From the NCBI GenBank assembly GCA_964291215.2, contig OZ219791.1, positions 1,280,001 through 1,344,000 of the forward strand: DNA of 64,000 nt, written 5' to 3'. Of the stretch, positions 1-10,155 are shown one piece after another. Under the pieces are notes generated by a model. The model was not told where the DNA came from, ran no database searches, and saw only the letters and a list, made by a program, of their open reading frames with translations. The DNA comes from Alphaproteobacteria bacterium. GTDB lineage: Bacteria > Pseudomonadota > Alphaproteobacteria > MPNO01 > UBA830. A program made the translations under genes and the position numbers. The first letter of the stretch is position 1; the number at the start of each line of letters is the position of its first letter.

Positions 1-2
1 TG

Positions 3-98
3 CCGGCAGAGCGCGGCAATATCGCCGCTGCCGACGCGCTTTCCGTGAAACGCCTGCGCGACGCCGGCGCCGTCATCTTCGGCAAGACCAACGTGCCG
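3..98 (+). pseudogene. Amidase-signature family fragment, cut by an IS end
   Basis: Frame 3 reads PAERGNIAAADALSVKRLRDAGAVIFGKTNVP, a typical amidase motif, then runs into the ISAs1-end repeat. Confidence 0.7.
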
Positions 99-244
99 CC
101 CACAACCCGAAAACAACCCGCCCACGCGCCGATAACGCCGCCGGCGACGACCGCGGACGGCCCCAAAGCCAGAAAACCCGGCACGCTGTGAAACCTCCAG
201 ACAGCAGAAGACAGCAAAATTGAATGCAGCGTGGGAACCACTTG
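99..244 (+). mobile_element. ISAs1-family right-end remnant
   Basis: Near-identical to ~31860-32009; ends ...gaatgcagcgtgggaaccacttg. Confidence 0.7.
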
Positions 245-327
245 CAAGATTTTCGGTGCCGGTCGACACTGCGGGGCGGCGGCCCTAATGCTCCGAAGGA
301 CCGAGGGCAAGCCGATGGAGCCGGGTG

Positions 328-963
328 GTGAGCAAACGAATCGCGCGGGTACGCATTGAGCTTCAGGAACTTGAGCCCACGATTTGGCGGCGGATCGACA
401 TGCCGCTGTCGGCGACGCTGGAGGTCCTGCACGAGGCCATTCAAATGACCATGGGCTGGACATTCTCGCACCTGTGAGAGTTCGAGACCGGCCACCGCAG
501 CTAAGGCGATCCGTCGTTTCGCGAGTTCGACGACGAGCCGGTGGTTTACAGGGCGAAGGGGTTGCGGCTGGGTACCGTGATTGCACGCGGTGCGGACCGG
601 TTCGTCTATGTCTACGACTACGGTGACAACTGGCGCCATGACGTGATCGTCGAAGAGGTTCGCGACGGCGATCCGAACATGGAATATCCGGTGTTCGTGG
701 ATGGGAACCGACGCTGTCCGACGGAGGATGTCGGCGGGCCGGGAGGCTTCATGGATTTTCTGGAGGCGATACTCGATTCGACGCACGAGGAGCACCGGGC
801 GATGCTCGACTGGCACCGGGCGATGCTCGACTGATACGACGGGCCGTTCGATCCGTTCGGCTTCGACGAAGCGCGAGCCCATCTCGGCATGGAGAACATG
901 GCGCGGCGTCGGCACGGTTTGTTCGCCAGCCACAAGAGCGGGGCGCGACATCCCAACTTTTGA
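328..963 (+). pseudogene. pRiA4b ORF-3-like protein pseudogene
   Basis: Single frame with motifs IWRRI, LHEAIQ..MGW..SHL, YVYDYGDNWRH and CPTEDVGG. In-frame stops at 475 (TGA), 502 (TAA) and 832 (TGA); 21-bp tandem duplication at 793-834. Confidence 0.85.
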
Positions 964-1028
964 GTCCGAGGGCCCCCATCTGTCGCCAGCGGTCGCGCGT
1001 CGGGGGCGTTCGCAGACACCGGATCGTA

Positions 1029-2732
1029 TCAGCGGACACCGAGCCCGAAATCGGCGTTGCCGCCCGCCGGCTCGAACTTCGAAAAGAATTCGGCGACGAC
1101 CGCGCTATCGCCCTTGAGGGAAACCGCGCCGCTCTCGATTCCCTCCTCGAAACTCGGACCGCCGCCTGCCCAGGCGCTCAGGAACTGCCGCGGGAACGTC
1201 AGCGATGCGTCGCAGTTTTCGGGCGCCGTCTCGTGGAACTGGCAGACGCCACGCCGGATTTCCAGCGCGAACGACTCCTGCATGTCGGTCGTCGTGAAGC
1301 CGAGGATGATTCGGGTTTCCATGCACTCTTCGGCCTTGAGGCGGACGGTCAGCAGTTCGAGCAATCCGCCCATCGGATAGTTGCGCGCCCGGTTGGGCTG
1401 GATTCGGTGACCCCCGCGCTGCTCGCCCAAGCGATCCTCCAGCTCGAGCGCCTGACACAGCGCCCAGTTGCGCCAGGTGCTCGTCTTCTGCCTGTAGCCC
1501 CAGGCCCGGAGTGCCGTCGCCTTCACGGCTCTCGCTTCCGTATCGGTGTTGTCCGCCCGCACTGCCCAGGTGGCGATGTCGGCCGCCCACTGAAACTCCT
1601 CGTCCTCGATCGCCTTCCTCGCTTCGGCGAGCACGGCATCGCGCCCGCCCATCGCGCGGACGTAGCGCTCGGCCCGTTCGCGCCAGGGCAGCGGGTCCAG
1701 TTCCACCGCGTCGCCCTGGAACCAGCCGACATAGCCCGCATAGACGCTCCGGACCGAATGCTTGTAGCTGCCGTAGAACTCGCCCAACCACGGATGCGAG
1801 GCGAGGTGCGGCGGCATCGTCACCTTTTCCGCCAACTCGTCCCAAGTGCATCCCCTGTTAATCCAGCGTACGGCCTGGTCGTGCAGGTACTGGATCGCAT
1901 CCCGGTGCGCGATCAGCACATCCTCGACGGCGTCCGTGCCTTCCACCGTGGGCCCGTGATGGGGGATCAGGATCTCGGCCTTGAACGCGCGCAACCGGTC
2001 GATCCCCTTGGCCCATTGCATGGGGTTTCGATATTGCGTGCCGCGAAGCGCGTAAACGTTGGGAAACGTCATGCCCTGGATGGCGTCGGCGGAGATCAGC
2101 ACCTTCTCGTCGGGCAGCCAGACGACGCACTGATCATCGGTTTCGCTGGGCACATGCATGATGTGCAACCGAATGCCCGCGATCTCGACTTCGAGCCTGT
2201 CCTCGAAGGTTCGGGTCGGATTCGCGAAGCCCGCCTTGCCGCGCCGAGGCGGAGCGCCGATCGCGCTGCCGAAGGAGCCGGTTTCGCCGAACTCCAAATG
2301 CCCGCCGAACTGATAGGGACCGCGGCGACGCCGGATGGGCGCGAGAATGCCCTCGTCGCGCAACAGGTTGTCGGTCAGGTCGGACTGGGTGATAACCTCC
2401 ACCTTGCCGGCCCGAATGTCCTCTTCGGAAACGAAGCTGAAGATGCCGCTGACGTGGTCTCCATGAAAATGGGTGACGATCACAGCCTCGATGGGAAGGT
2501 CAGTGATCTCCCGGAAAGCGGCCGCGGCTTCATCGCCGGGGAGTTCGCCGCTCAGCGTATCGACGAGGACACAGCCATCCATGCCCACGATGAGCGTGCA
2601 GTTCGATCCCGTGTAGCAGTGCGCCGTATGAATGTAGCCCCTCGTCGTGATTATCCGCGGCGTGTCATAGAGCACCATCTGGGCAGCAAGATCGGGATGT
2701 ACCCCCGGTTCGGCAACATCTCTTGGCGGCAT
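1029..2732 (-). CDS. Alkyl sulfatase (SdsA1/BDS1-like MBL fold with dimerisation and SCP2-like domains)
   Basis: THFHGDH, SETDDQ, FPNVYALRGT and IPHHG motifs; GGAG RBS before ATG at 2732. Confidence 0.85.
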   Translation of the reverse strand: MPPRDVAEPGVHPDLAAQMVLYDTPRIITTRGYIHTAHCYTGSNCTLIVGMDGCVLVDTLSGELPGDEAAAAFREITDLPIEAVIVTHFHGDHVSGIFSFVSEEDIRAGKVEVITQSDLTDNLLRDEGILAPIRRRRGPYQFGGHLEFGETGSFGSAIGAPPRRGKAGFANPTRTFEDRLEVEIAGIRLHIMHVPSETDDQCVVWLPDEKVLISADAIQGMTFPNVYALRGTQYRNPMQWAKGIDRLRAFKAEILIPHHGPTVEGTDAVEDVLIAHRDAIQYLHDQAVRWINRGCTWDELAEKVTMPPHLASHPWLGEFYGSYKHSVRSVYAGYVGWFQGDAVELDPLPWRERAERYVRAMGGRDAVLAEARKAIEDEEFQWAADIATWAVRADNTDTEARAVKATALRAWGYRQKTSTWRNWALCQALELEDRLGEQRGGHRIQPNRARNYPMGGLLELLTVRLKAEECMETRIILGFTTTDMQESFALEIRRGVCQFHETAPENCDASLTFPRQFLSAWAGGGPSFEEGIESGAVSLKGDSAVVAEFFSKFEPAGGNADFGLGVR

Positions 2733-3098
2733 CGACCTACTCCCGAGCGGATTTAGAGGGAAGATTAGCATAGGTGCACGGACGCGCAAAGTATATATTC
2801 GTAAGCGTTGTTCGTGCGGTGATGACGGTTTGCGCTGAGGTTTATTTGACGCTTGCAAGAAGGGGGGGCTGATAATTTGAATTCGGCTGTGCTATCAGGT
2901 TGTGCACAGTCATGTGCATCGAGGGTTTCATGTCATCATCGGGTGCGGACGCCGCTGACGATGTGCTGCAGTCGTCGTGTTGTGATTCGGTTATCTGGAA
3001 ATCCCTGTACGATCGCGAGCGTATTCGAGCCCGGGTGGCGGAAGCCCGCGCGGCGGCTGCAGAGGGTCGCTATGAGGAGTTGCGCTTGCAGGCGGTGG

Positions 3099-4670
3099 GA
3101 GCGCCAGGTTAACTGGTAGGATGTCGCCGGGTGAGAGTCCCGGCAGGAAGAGAGGCTAACCACCACTTCCTCCGTGAACCATGCGTCGTGAGGCGAAGCG
3201 TTGGGGAGCGGCAAGCCGGGCTATTGAGCCACGAGATACTGTGAAACCGGAGTGCCGAGGTCGTGGCCGAAGGCAACACCCTGCGAGCCGCGTTGGTGAG
3301 GGGGGCTTCGCGGGGTCTGAGAACCATGGCCGAAGCAGGGACCTGGGAGGTCTTGCCCCTCTGTCGTAGAGGGGTCGCAGAGGAAATTCCGTAAACCGAT
3401 GATGAACGAGAAGTCAGATTCGGCGTGCAGCGAGTCTAGCTGCTGTACTTGCGGGTGTGAGTCCCGCCGGCGCAATTTCCAGTTTGGCGCCGTAGCATTG
3501 GTTCAGGGGTGACCGTGGACCAGCGAGCTGGGATGTAGAAGCCGTTGTGGGCTGGCTGGAACGCAGTGTCCAGCCGGTTCGGTCAGCCAGGGCGGCGAGC
3601 AAACCGGAGGGCCGTAGCGAAAGCGAACGATTGGATGAAGCCCCGAAATTGATTTCCCACATGAAGCTGATTAGTGGGGTAAACGGGAATGCCAAGGGCC
3701 TGCCGATAGCCCGATGGCCAGAGTCGATGCGGAAGAACTGGAGAGCACGCATCGGGTTCCCCGGTGGTAGAGACGGCGGCAATCCGGGACAGTACAGCGG
3801 TGAAAGATCGGAAGGTGAGGAGGACAGACAGGATGAAGTGACCCTTGAATGTCAAGGACCGCGTCTATAACCAGGACTGGGAAAGGACGCGGAGTCCTCC
3901 TGACTGGCGGATGAGGTCGATTAAGCGTTGACGGGCGGGACAACACAACCCGTCCTGAGCGAGGACCTCAGGGCTCAGGTGGCCTGTGCCGCGGTAGGTC
4001 AACGCCAGTGCTCAGAAACTGGCACCGACCGACAAGACCGCGAGGTCGAAGGACGGAGCAAACGCTCGGAGATGCCGTGGGTACGGTTGGGTCAGCCTTG
4101 ACCATGGCGCGTCCGGCGGAAGGCTCCGCACCGAACTCCAAGTGGGTGCCTGATGCTTGAACCGGGAAAACCGGACGTACGGAATTTTAGGGGGGCTGCT
4201 GGAAACGTGGTCTATGGTAGTTCAGCGACCCCGCCCGCAATCGAAAGAGCGGTGACGGACAAAGCCTCTGCCTACGGATGCGCGCGCCAGCGGCCTACCC
4301 GACCGCAAACCATCCCGGAAACGCGCACCCTGCGGCGGATCAAGGAGGCGCTGCGCAAGCGGTGGCACGACAATCGGCACAAGACGGCCAAGTGGCGAGT
4401 GATCAAAGGCTGCTACTACGCCGTTCCGGGAAGCAGTGAGTCCCTGCAGGGGTTCATATACCAATGCAAACGGCTGCGTGCCCTTCGGCGGCGTTCCCAA
4501 AAGGATCGCACCGAATGGAGGGACATGGACACCCTCATCGAAGCTCACTGGCCTAAGGCCAGCATCCGTGGCCAAACCAGCGCCTTGTCGTCAGGGGAGG
4601 AGCCGGATGCGAACAGCGCAAGTCCGGATCTGTGCGGGGGGACCGGGGAAACCCGGTTCCCTACCGCGAT
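3099..4670 (+). mobile_element. Group II intron, outer (probably class E); RT domains lost, X/maturase remnant kept
   Basis: 5' GAGCGCCAGG (GTGCGCCAGG in the other copies); domain V GAGCCGGATGCG...GTCCGGATCTG at 4600; 3' CCCTACCGCGAT; homologous to 40039-44961. Confidence 0.85.
3425..4303 (+). mobile_element. ORF-less group II intron nested in the outer intron (class F-like long domain VI)
   Basis: Starts GTGCAGCG; domain V/VI-like CGTACGGAATTTTAGGGGGG...GCAATCGAAAGAGCGG; ends CCTACCCGAC; outer-intron homology resumes exactly at 4304. Confidence 0.75.
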
Positions 4671-4706
4671 AGGAGCGCAGCCGCGCGAATTCCCTGAACC
4701 CAAGTT

Positions 4707-5181
4707 CAGACGTCCTGACCTCGGCTTTGATTTCTTCGAATCAGGGTGATACTTCTGGGCTGAGTTTGCGTGCGTTGTCTGACAGTTCGTAGATCATGCG
4801 GAGGCCGGTTCCGGAGCTTCTTCACCGCCCGCTGCACGGTCGCGCGGCTCACGCCGCCTGCAGGTCTCTTTGAGGAACGCAGTGCCTGGCGATCCGCAAC
4901 AACATCGCCGGCCGGTCGCCCTCGTCGTGGCAGGGCTCCATGTTCGAGAAGTAGACGGTCTGTCCGTCGACATCGGCAAGGGAGAAGCACGAGGTTCCGA
5001 TGGCTTCAGGAGGGTGCATCGCGAGCGTGTTCATGGCCGGGAGTATCCAATTACAGGGGTCATGTTATATCGGGCCATCACGCGGCTATGTTGCCAAGCA
5101 AGAACCGGGAAAATCGTTCATTCGTGGCGGAAAAAAGGGGGGCCGGACTGATCAAGTCAACTCACGAGGTCAGAACGTCTG
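4707..5181 (-). mobile_element. Internally deleted IS (HTH transposase fragment) with TIRs and 5-bp TSD
   Basis: TIRs CAGACGTCCTGACCTCG / CGAGGTCAGAACGTCTG; AAGTT at 4702-4706 and 5182-5186; HTH-like VSRATVQRAVKKLR on the minus strand. Confidence 0.75.
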
Positions 5182-5517
5182 AAGTTGGCACTTTTTTGCG
5201 TCAGTTGAAGGGGAAATTTATGCGGCAGCCCCGCTCGATATACTATATCTATGATTTCCTGTCCGGGATGGCCAGTGTGGTGCCAGAATATTGCAGATTC
5301 GCTCGACCTCGCCGCCAAACCCGGTATATCCGGGGCCTTGCCAGCATAAAAGCTTCCAGCCAACATGTTCATCAGGGCAACCAAAACCCACAGCACCGCA
5401 GACGGCAAGTCCGTCCACAGCCACCGGCCTTTCAACGAACCATGATCGAGTCTTCGTTCATGAGGCCTTATATAGTGGCCCATGAGAATTGGCTTTCGAC
5501 ATCTATCCACGACGACG

Positions 5518-6544
5518 GTTGATTGGCTGAAGGTGGCGTCGGTTGCCGAGGGCAGCACGCCCTGGCGCAGGGATTGTGCGAGCGCGAGGACTGGTGCAAC
5601 GCGAAGGGCGAACTGTGCCTTACCGCGTGCGGCCCTGCCTGATCTTGCCTCGGCGCTCGGCATCGTCCTTCCTGCACCAAGGCCTCATGGCCTCGACACC
5701 CTTGAGCGGGACTATCCCGACAAGCCACTCGCATGTTCTCCGGAGGAGCTTGGCGAGGTCACCGTGGAGCTGGTCGGCGAGGACAAGCGCTTGGCGATGA
5801 TGGCGACCTGGCATCCCAAAGGCGAGGCGCCCGGATGAGCTACCGGATCACCTCGTCGCGCTACGGCCGCCTCGGCGGCCTGGTGTTCCGTGCGGCCAAT
5901 TGGCATCAGAAGGCGCGCGACGACTTCTGGTCCCGGGGAGCGCGTGACGTCCACCTCGGCAAGGTCGTCAACAACGCTCGCTTGCTGATACTTCCGTCGG
6001 TGAATGTTCCGGAGCTGGCCTCCCGCGTCCTGGCCTGCCGGCGGCTTGCTGCGGACTGAGAAGTGACGCCGATTCTGGCCTACGCCCATGTGAGCCCCGA
6101 AGACACCGGCACGAGCTGCAGGGCGGCAGGCCGGGAGCGTTGTGAGAAGATGACCTCGGGTCGACCTCCCGGGGCCACCGGCCAGGGCGTGCGGTGTGGA
6201 TGAAGCCCCTGGCTTGGCAAGACGTGTCGTGCCGGCAGCGTGTCATGGGCCAGGCGGCACCCCTTGTTGGCGATGACAACCGGGCGATGAGGGAGTACAG
6301 CCGCAGCAACCACGGTGACGTGCGCATCTGCGACCGCCTTGTCACCATGGGCGTGGAACGATCGTCCCGGAGAGATCCTGCCGGTGATCTTCCCCGACGG
6401 GGCGGAAAAGAAGGCGGCCTGCCGTCTGTTGTCGAACCCCGAGGTGACCATATCCTCGAGGGGCATCAGGAAGCGATGGTGGAGCGCTGCCGTCCGCAGC
6501 GCCGGATCCTTGCCATCCAGGACACGACGTTCCTGAATTACAAT
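5518..6544 (+). mobile_element. IS4-family (Tn5-like, DUF4338-fused) transposase 5' remnant
   Basis: Frameshifted fragments ALAQGLCEREDW, VVNNARLLILP and LPVIFP..AEKKAACRLLSNP..ILAIQDTTFLNY; paralogous to 11623-13578. Confidence 0.75.
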
Positions 6545-7856
6545 GGGTGCAGTTTTCGTATGGCGAATGCAAGCCATTGATTTAACGCGGTTGTGTGGTT
6601 ACGAAGCAGCGGCGAAAACGGGTTTTCGTGACAATCGCCCGTTTCAGGACAGGATTTTGTCACGGGCCGAGCGGTGGAGGTGGGAACGCTCTGCACCGCA
6701 AGATGCGAGATGATATTGGAGACAATCCACAGCATCAGGAGCGCTCCCATGTCAGTTTCGCAGCCTTCCGCGTCGATCGATATTTCCGGCTTGCCGCCTC
6801 GGGTTGTCGAGGCGGTCACGCAGATAACCGCAGTTTGTCATCAGCAACTCGGTTCGCAGCGCTCTGCCGAGGCCTTTGAGGAAACGGAGCGGCGGGTGCG
6901 TGAGAGCGTGTACGCGCTGCGAGATCCCGGGTGCCGAGGCCCGGGACGACGGTGCGCCCCGGATCGAGCGGGACGGGCAGAGATGGGGCGCCGAAGACGA
7001 TCATGACCTCGCCCGATGACCTTTCGGCGTGCCGCACCGGCGCGCGCTGCCGGTCGCTGATGCCGGTGGACGAAAGCCTCGTCGACGACTACCTGACACG
7101 GCCGGCGGCTTGGGCTGATGATGATCGGCCACTGCACGGCGCGGGAAGCGGAGGCGTTCTTCGGCAAGCTCGGCGCCATGACGCCAGCACCTTGTAGCGC
7201 CTGACCATGCAGGAGCGCTGGGAAAGTCTCGGCCCCGACATCCGGGAAGCGGAGGACATCCCGCAGGATGCAGTCACCGCCTCGCTGGACGGCGTCATGG
7301 TGGCGCTGCGGGCCGGCGAGGGCGGCCGTTCCGAAGCCTGCTGGCGGCGAGGGCGGCCTGTGGCACGGTCTCCTTCCACGACGGTGAGCGCCTGAAGACC
7401 GTCTGTCTCGGCCGCATGCCCGAGGGCCGAAAGTGCACACTGAAGGCGCAGCTCGCAAGCGAAGTCGCGCATATCAGACAGAGGCGTCCCGAGATCAGCG
7501 CCGCCGCCGACAACTGGACCTTCCTCGGGGGTCTTGAACCCGAAACCGAGGTGATCGACTTGCCTGCGAGCATCTGCGCGTGGCGGCCGACCATGCAGCG
7601 GCGCCCCACTGGTTCGAGAAGTACCGCGAGATCCTGCGTCACGATCCCTGCGGCATCGACAGGGTGATCCGGGCGCTGCGCCACCTTCCGCGCCCTGCTC
7701 GAATCCGGCCGCTTCGAGAGCGCGTGGACGGTCATGATCGGTGCAGACGACGCACCAGCCAACGACAACATCAGCCCAAATCACACCCCGGCACTGGCCG
7801 CATGAGATGAACAAATGGTACTGAGCCTGCAACTGTGCCATACGAAACTCTCACCC
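6545..7856 (+). mobile_element. ISKra4-family element, degenerate
   Basis: TIRs GGGTGCAGTTTTCGTATGGC / GCCATACGAAACTCTCACCC; fragments SLDGVMV, ADNWTFL and WFEKYREILR; same ends at 39519 and 46449. Confidence 0.8.
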
Positions 7857-8317
7857 GCGCGAGACCTGCCACAGGATCAACAAGAGCGCATCCAGGACCC
7901 TGAACGAGGCCGGGCGCAAGCGCTACCGGACCATCCTGACCCGGGGGGCGAAGGAACTGCCTGAAATCCCGCCCCGACAGAAAGGAAAACGCGGACCGAT
8001 CGCGAACGCGCACAACCTCCAGGAGCGTCTCGCAAGGCATGAAGAGTCCGTCCTGCGCTTCATGAGCGATCCGGACGTCAGCTTCACCAACAACACCGGC
8101 GAGCAGAAAATCCGGATGGCAAAGGTCAAGGTGTCCGGATGCTTCCGAACCCCGCTCTAGCCGAGGCCTGGTGCCGAAGCTCAAGCTATCTCACCTCCAT
8201 GGCCGCACTCGGCTACAGCCCGCTTGTCGCCATCCGGATCGCACTCGCCGGAAACGCCGCCGACATGATCAAAATGCACAACGCCAAACCCGCCTCTGCG
8301 GAGGGGTGAGGAGATAC
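7857..8317 (+). mobile_element. IS66-family 3' remnant with right end
   Basis: AHNL.ERL..HEESVLRFMSDPDVSFTNN.GEQKIRMAKVK.SGCFR; ends GGGGTGAGGAGATAC. Confidence 0.85.
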
Positions 8318-8582
8318 CCCGACGCCAGGAAAGATCCGGCGTGCCGGGCGCGGTGCCTGACCGCAATGAGCCGCGTCGGGATTCTCGTGACCTCCCGGAA
8401 ACCGCGCTCCGAGCGGGTCCCGCTTCCAGACGGTACGACGCATGATGTGCCGGCACAACGCGAGAAGAAAACAGACCTTCGGATTGGTCTCGACATGGTG
8501 CGAATGGCGCGCAACGATGCTCTCGATGTGGCCGTGATATTCAGCCAAGATCAGGATTTGGCGGAGCTAGCCCAGGAAGTTC
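8318..8582 (+). pseudogene. NYN/LabA (DUF88) domain fragment
   Basis: REKKTDLRIGLDMVRMA..DVAVIFSQDQDLAEL; truncated on both sides by IS66 ends. Confidence 0.7.
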
Positions 8583-8678
8583 ACACTAACCGAATCGATC
8601 TGCAGTGTCAGATCTCCACGAAAACCCGTTTGTTGCTCTACCCCGACATCAAGCCGAAACCAGGAGGTGAGCAGTTAC
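8583..8678 (-). mobile_element. IS66 left-end remnant
   Basis: Matches ~46104-46198 and ends GGTGAGCAGTTAC. Confidence 0.8.
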
Positions 8679-8895
8679 AACCGAACAAAATAAGCTCGTT
8701 TTTCATGGAGTTTTGTCCATTCCCCGATTGAACTCCGATGCGCAACGGTTCGGGGTATCCATCCGCAGGATAGTGCAGCAAAGCTGGCCGTTTTGGCGCT
8801 CTCCGCCAACAGGGTCCCCAAACACTTCGCGCGGGGACCGTTCGACCGGAGCGTGCTCCGATACCGGGGTCGCCGCGCCGCCGGGAGTTCTCCCG

Positions 8896-10155
8896 CTATC
8901 CCAGCTGCGCCGCCACCGCGTCGTACTCCGCCAGGTCGGCCACCGGGCCGAGTGCGGCGACGACCGGTTTCGACGAGAACACCCGCTCGGCCACGCGGCG
9001 CACGTCTTCGCTTTCGACTGCGTCGATGCGCGCCGCAATGTCGTCGATCGCAATGGTGTGTCCGTGGACCTGCATCTGCATTGCGAGTCTCTCGGCGCGT
9101 GCGGCCATGCTTTCCAGGGACAGGAGTGCGCCCGCCTTGATGAGGGTCCGGGCGCGCGTGATCTCGGACCCGGCCATCGTTTTACTTGCGGCCTGCACCA
9201 GTTCGGCGCCTGCGGCTGTGACGAGTTCGCCGATCTCGTCCGGGCCGGTACCGGCATAGAGCCCGAACAGCCCGCCGTCGAGGTAGCTCGAAGAGAACGT
9301 GTAGACCGCATAGGCTAGGCCGCGCCGTTCTCGCAGCTCCTGGAAAAGACGCGACGACATGCCTCCGCCAAGCGCCGTCGAGAGGACAGCCAGCGGGTAA
9401 TAATCCTCGTCGCCGAACCGGAGTCCCTCGAACCCGACAACCAGATGGACCTGTTCGAGGTCGCGGACCTCGCGCCAGTCGCCGCCTTCATAGCGCGCCG
9501 GACACGGGTATCCCCCGCCAGTGCGCCCGAAGTTGCCGAGGAACCGCTCCGCGAGACTGACGATTCGGTCGTGATCGAGCGCCCCGGCGGCGGCGAGAAT
9601 CATGCGGTCGGCGCCGTAATGGGTGCTGACATAGTCGGTCAGCGCCCGGCGGGGCAGGCCGGATACGATATCGGCGGTGCCGAGGACGGGCCGTCCGAGC
9701 GGTTGCGCAGGAAAGGCTGCCGTCTGGAACTGGTCGAAGATCGTGTCGTCCGGCGTGTCCGCGGCCTGCCTGATCTCCTGAAGGATGACGTTGCGTTCGC
9801 GGTCGATCTCGGCCTCGTCGAAGGTGGAGTTGCAGAGGATGTCGGCGAGAATGTCGAGGGCGACGGAGATGTGCTGCTTGAGAACCGTAGCGTGGTAGAC
9901 GGTGGTCTCCCGCGAGGTGTAGGCGTTCAAATGCCCGCCGATGTCCTCGATCTCGGTCGCTATCCGGAAGGCCGACCGGGTCGAGGTTCCCTTGAACGCC
10001 ATGTGTTCGAGAAAATGGGAAACGCCGTTCTCGGCTTCGACCTCATGGCGGGCCCCGACATCCACCCACAGGCCGAGGGACACGGACTGGACCGTGTCGA
10101 CGCGGTCGGTGACGATGCGTAGCCCGTTCGCGAGTTCTGCCGTCTCGATGCTCAA
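8896..10155 (-). CDS. M16 (pitrilysin/MPP-like) zinc peptidase
   Basis: HFLEHMAFKGT (HxxEH) and LGGGMSSRLFQE; TTG start overlaps the thrC stop. Confidence 0.92.
   Translation of the reverse strand: MSIETAELANGLRIVTDRVDTVQSVSLGLWVDVGARHEVEAENGVSHFLEHMAFKGTSTRSAFRIATEIEDIGGHLNAYTSRETTVYHATVLKQHISVALDILADILCNSTFDEAEIDRERNVILQEIRQAADTPDDTIFDQFQTAAFPAQPLGRPVLGTADIVSGLPRRALTDYVSTHYGADRMILAAAGALDHDRIVSLAERFLGNFGRTGGGYPCPARYEGGDWREVRDLEQVHLVVGFEGLRFGDEDYYPLAVLSTALGGGMSSRLFQELRERRGLAYAVYTFSSSYLDGGLFGLYAGTGPDEIGELVTAAGAELVQAASKTMAGSEITRARTLIKAGALLSLESMAARAERLAMQMQVHGHTIAIDDIAARIDAVESEDVRRVAERVFSSKPVVAALGPVADLAEYDAVAAQLG

Larger units (their letters stand above)
2930..4700 (+). mobile_element. IS66-like transposase N-terminal remnant interrupted by a group II intron
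   Basis: Removing 3099-4670 rejoins the frame as WKSLYDRERIRARVAEARAAAAEGRYEELRLQAV/EERSRANSL. Family assignment is by resemblance only. Confidence 0.5.

Noticed and set aside
328-963. TGA=Trp recoding (two TGA at expected Trp sites)
   Set aside because: A TAA also interrupts the ORF, and many intact genes here (thrC, tsaD, the response regulator) end in TGA and use TGG for Trp.
960-2756. Long antisense or alternate-frame ORFs (also 27067-29046, 48604-50238, 52213-53919, 61080-62294)
   Set aside because: High-GC shadows of recognisable genes on the other strand, with no motifs.
5190-5517. Lower-GC segment with a minus-strand ORF fragment
   Set aside because: No recognisable motif in any frame and bounded by IS remnants, so no call is supportable.
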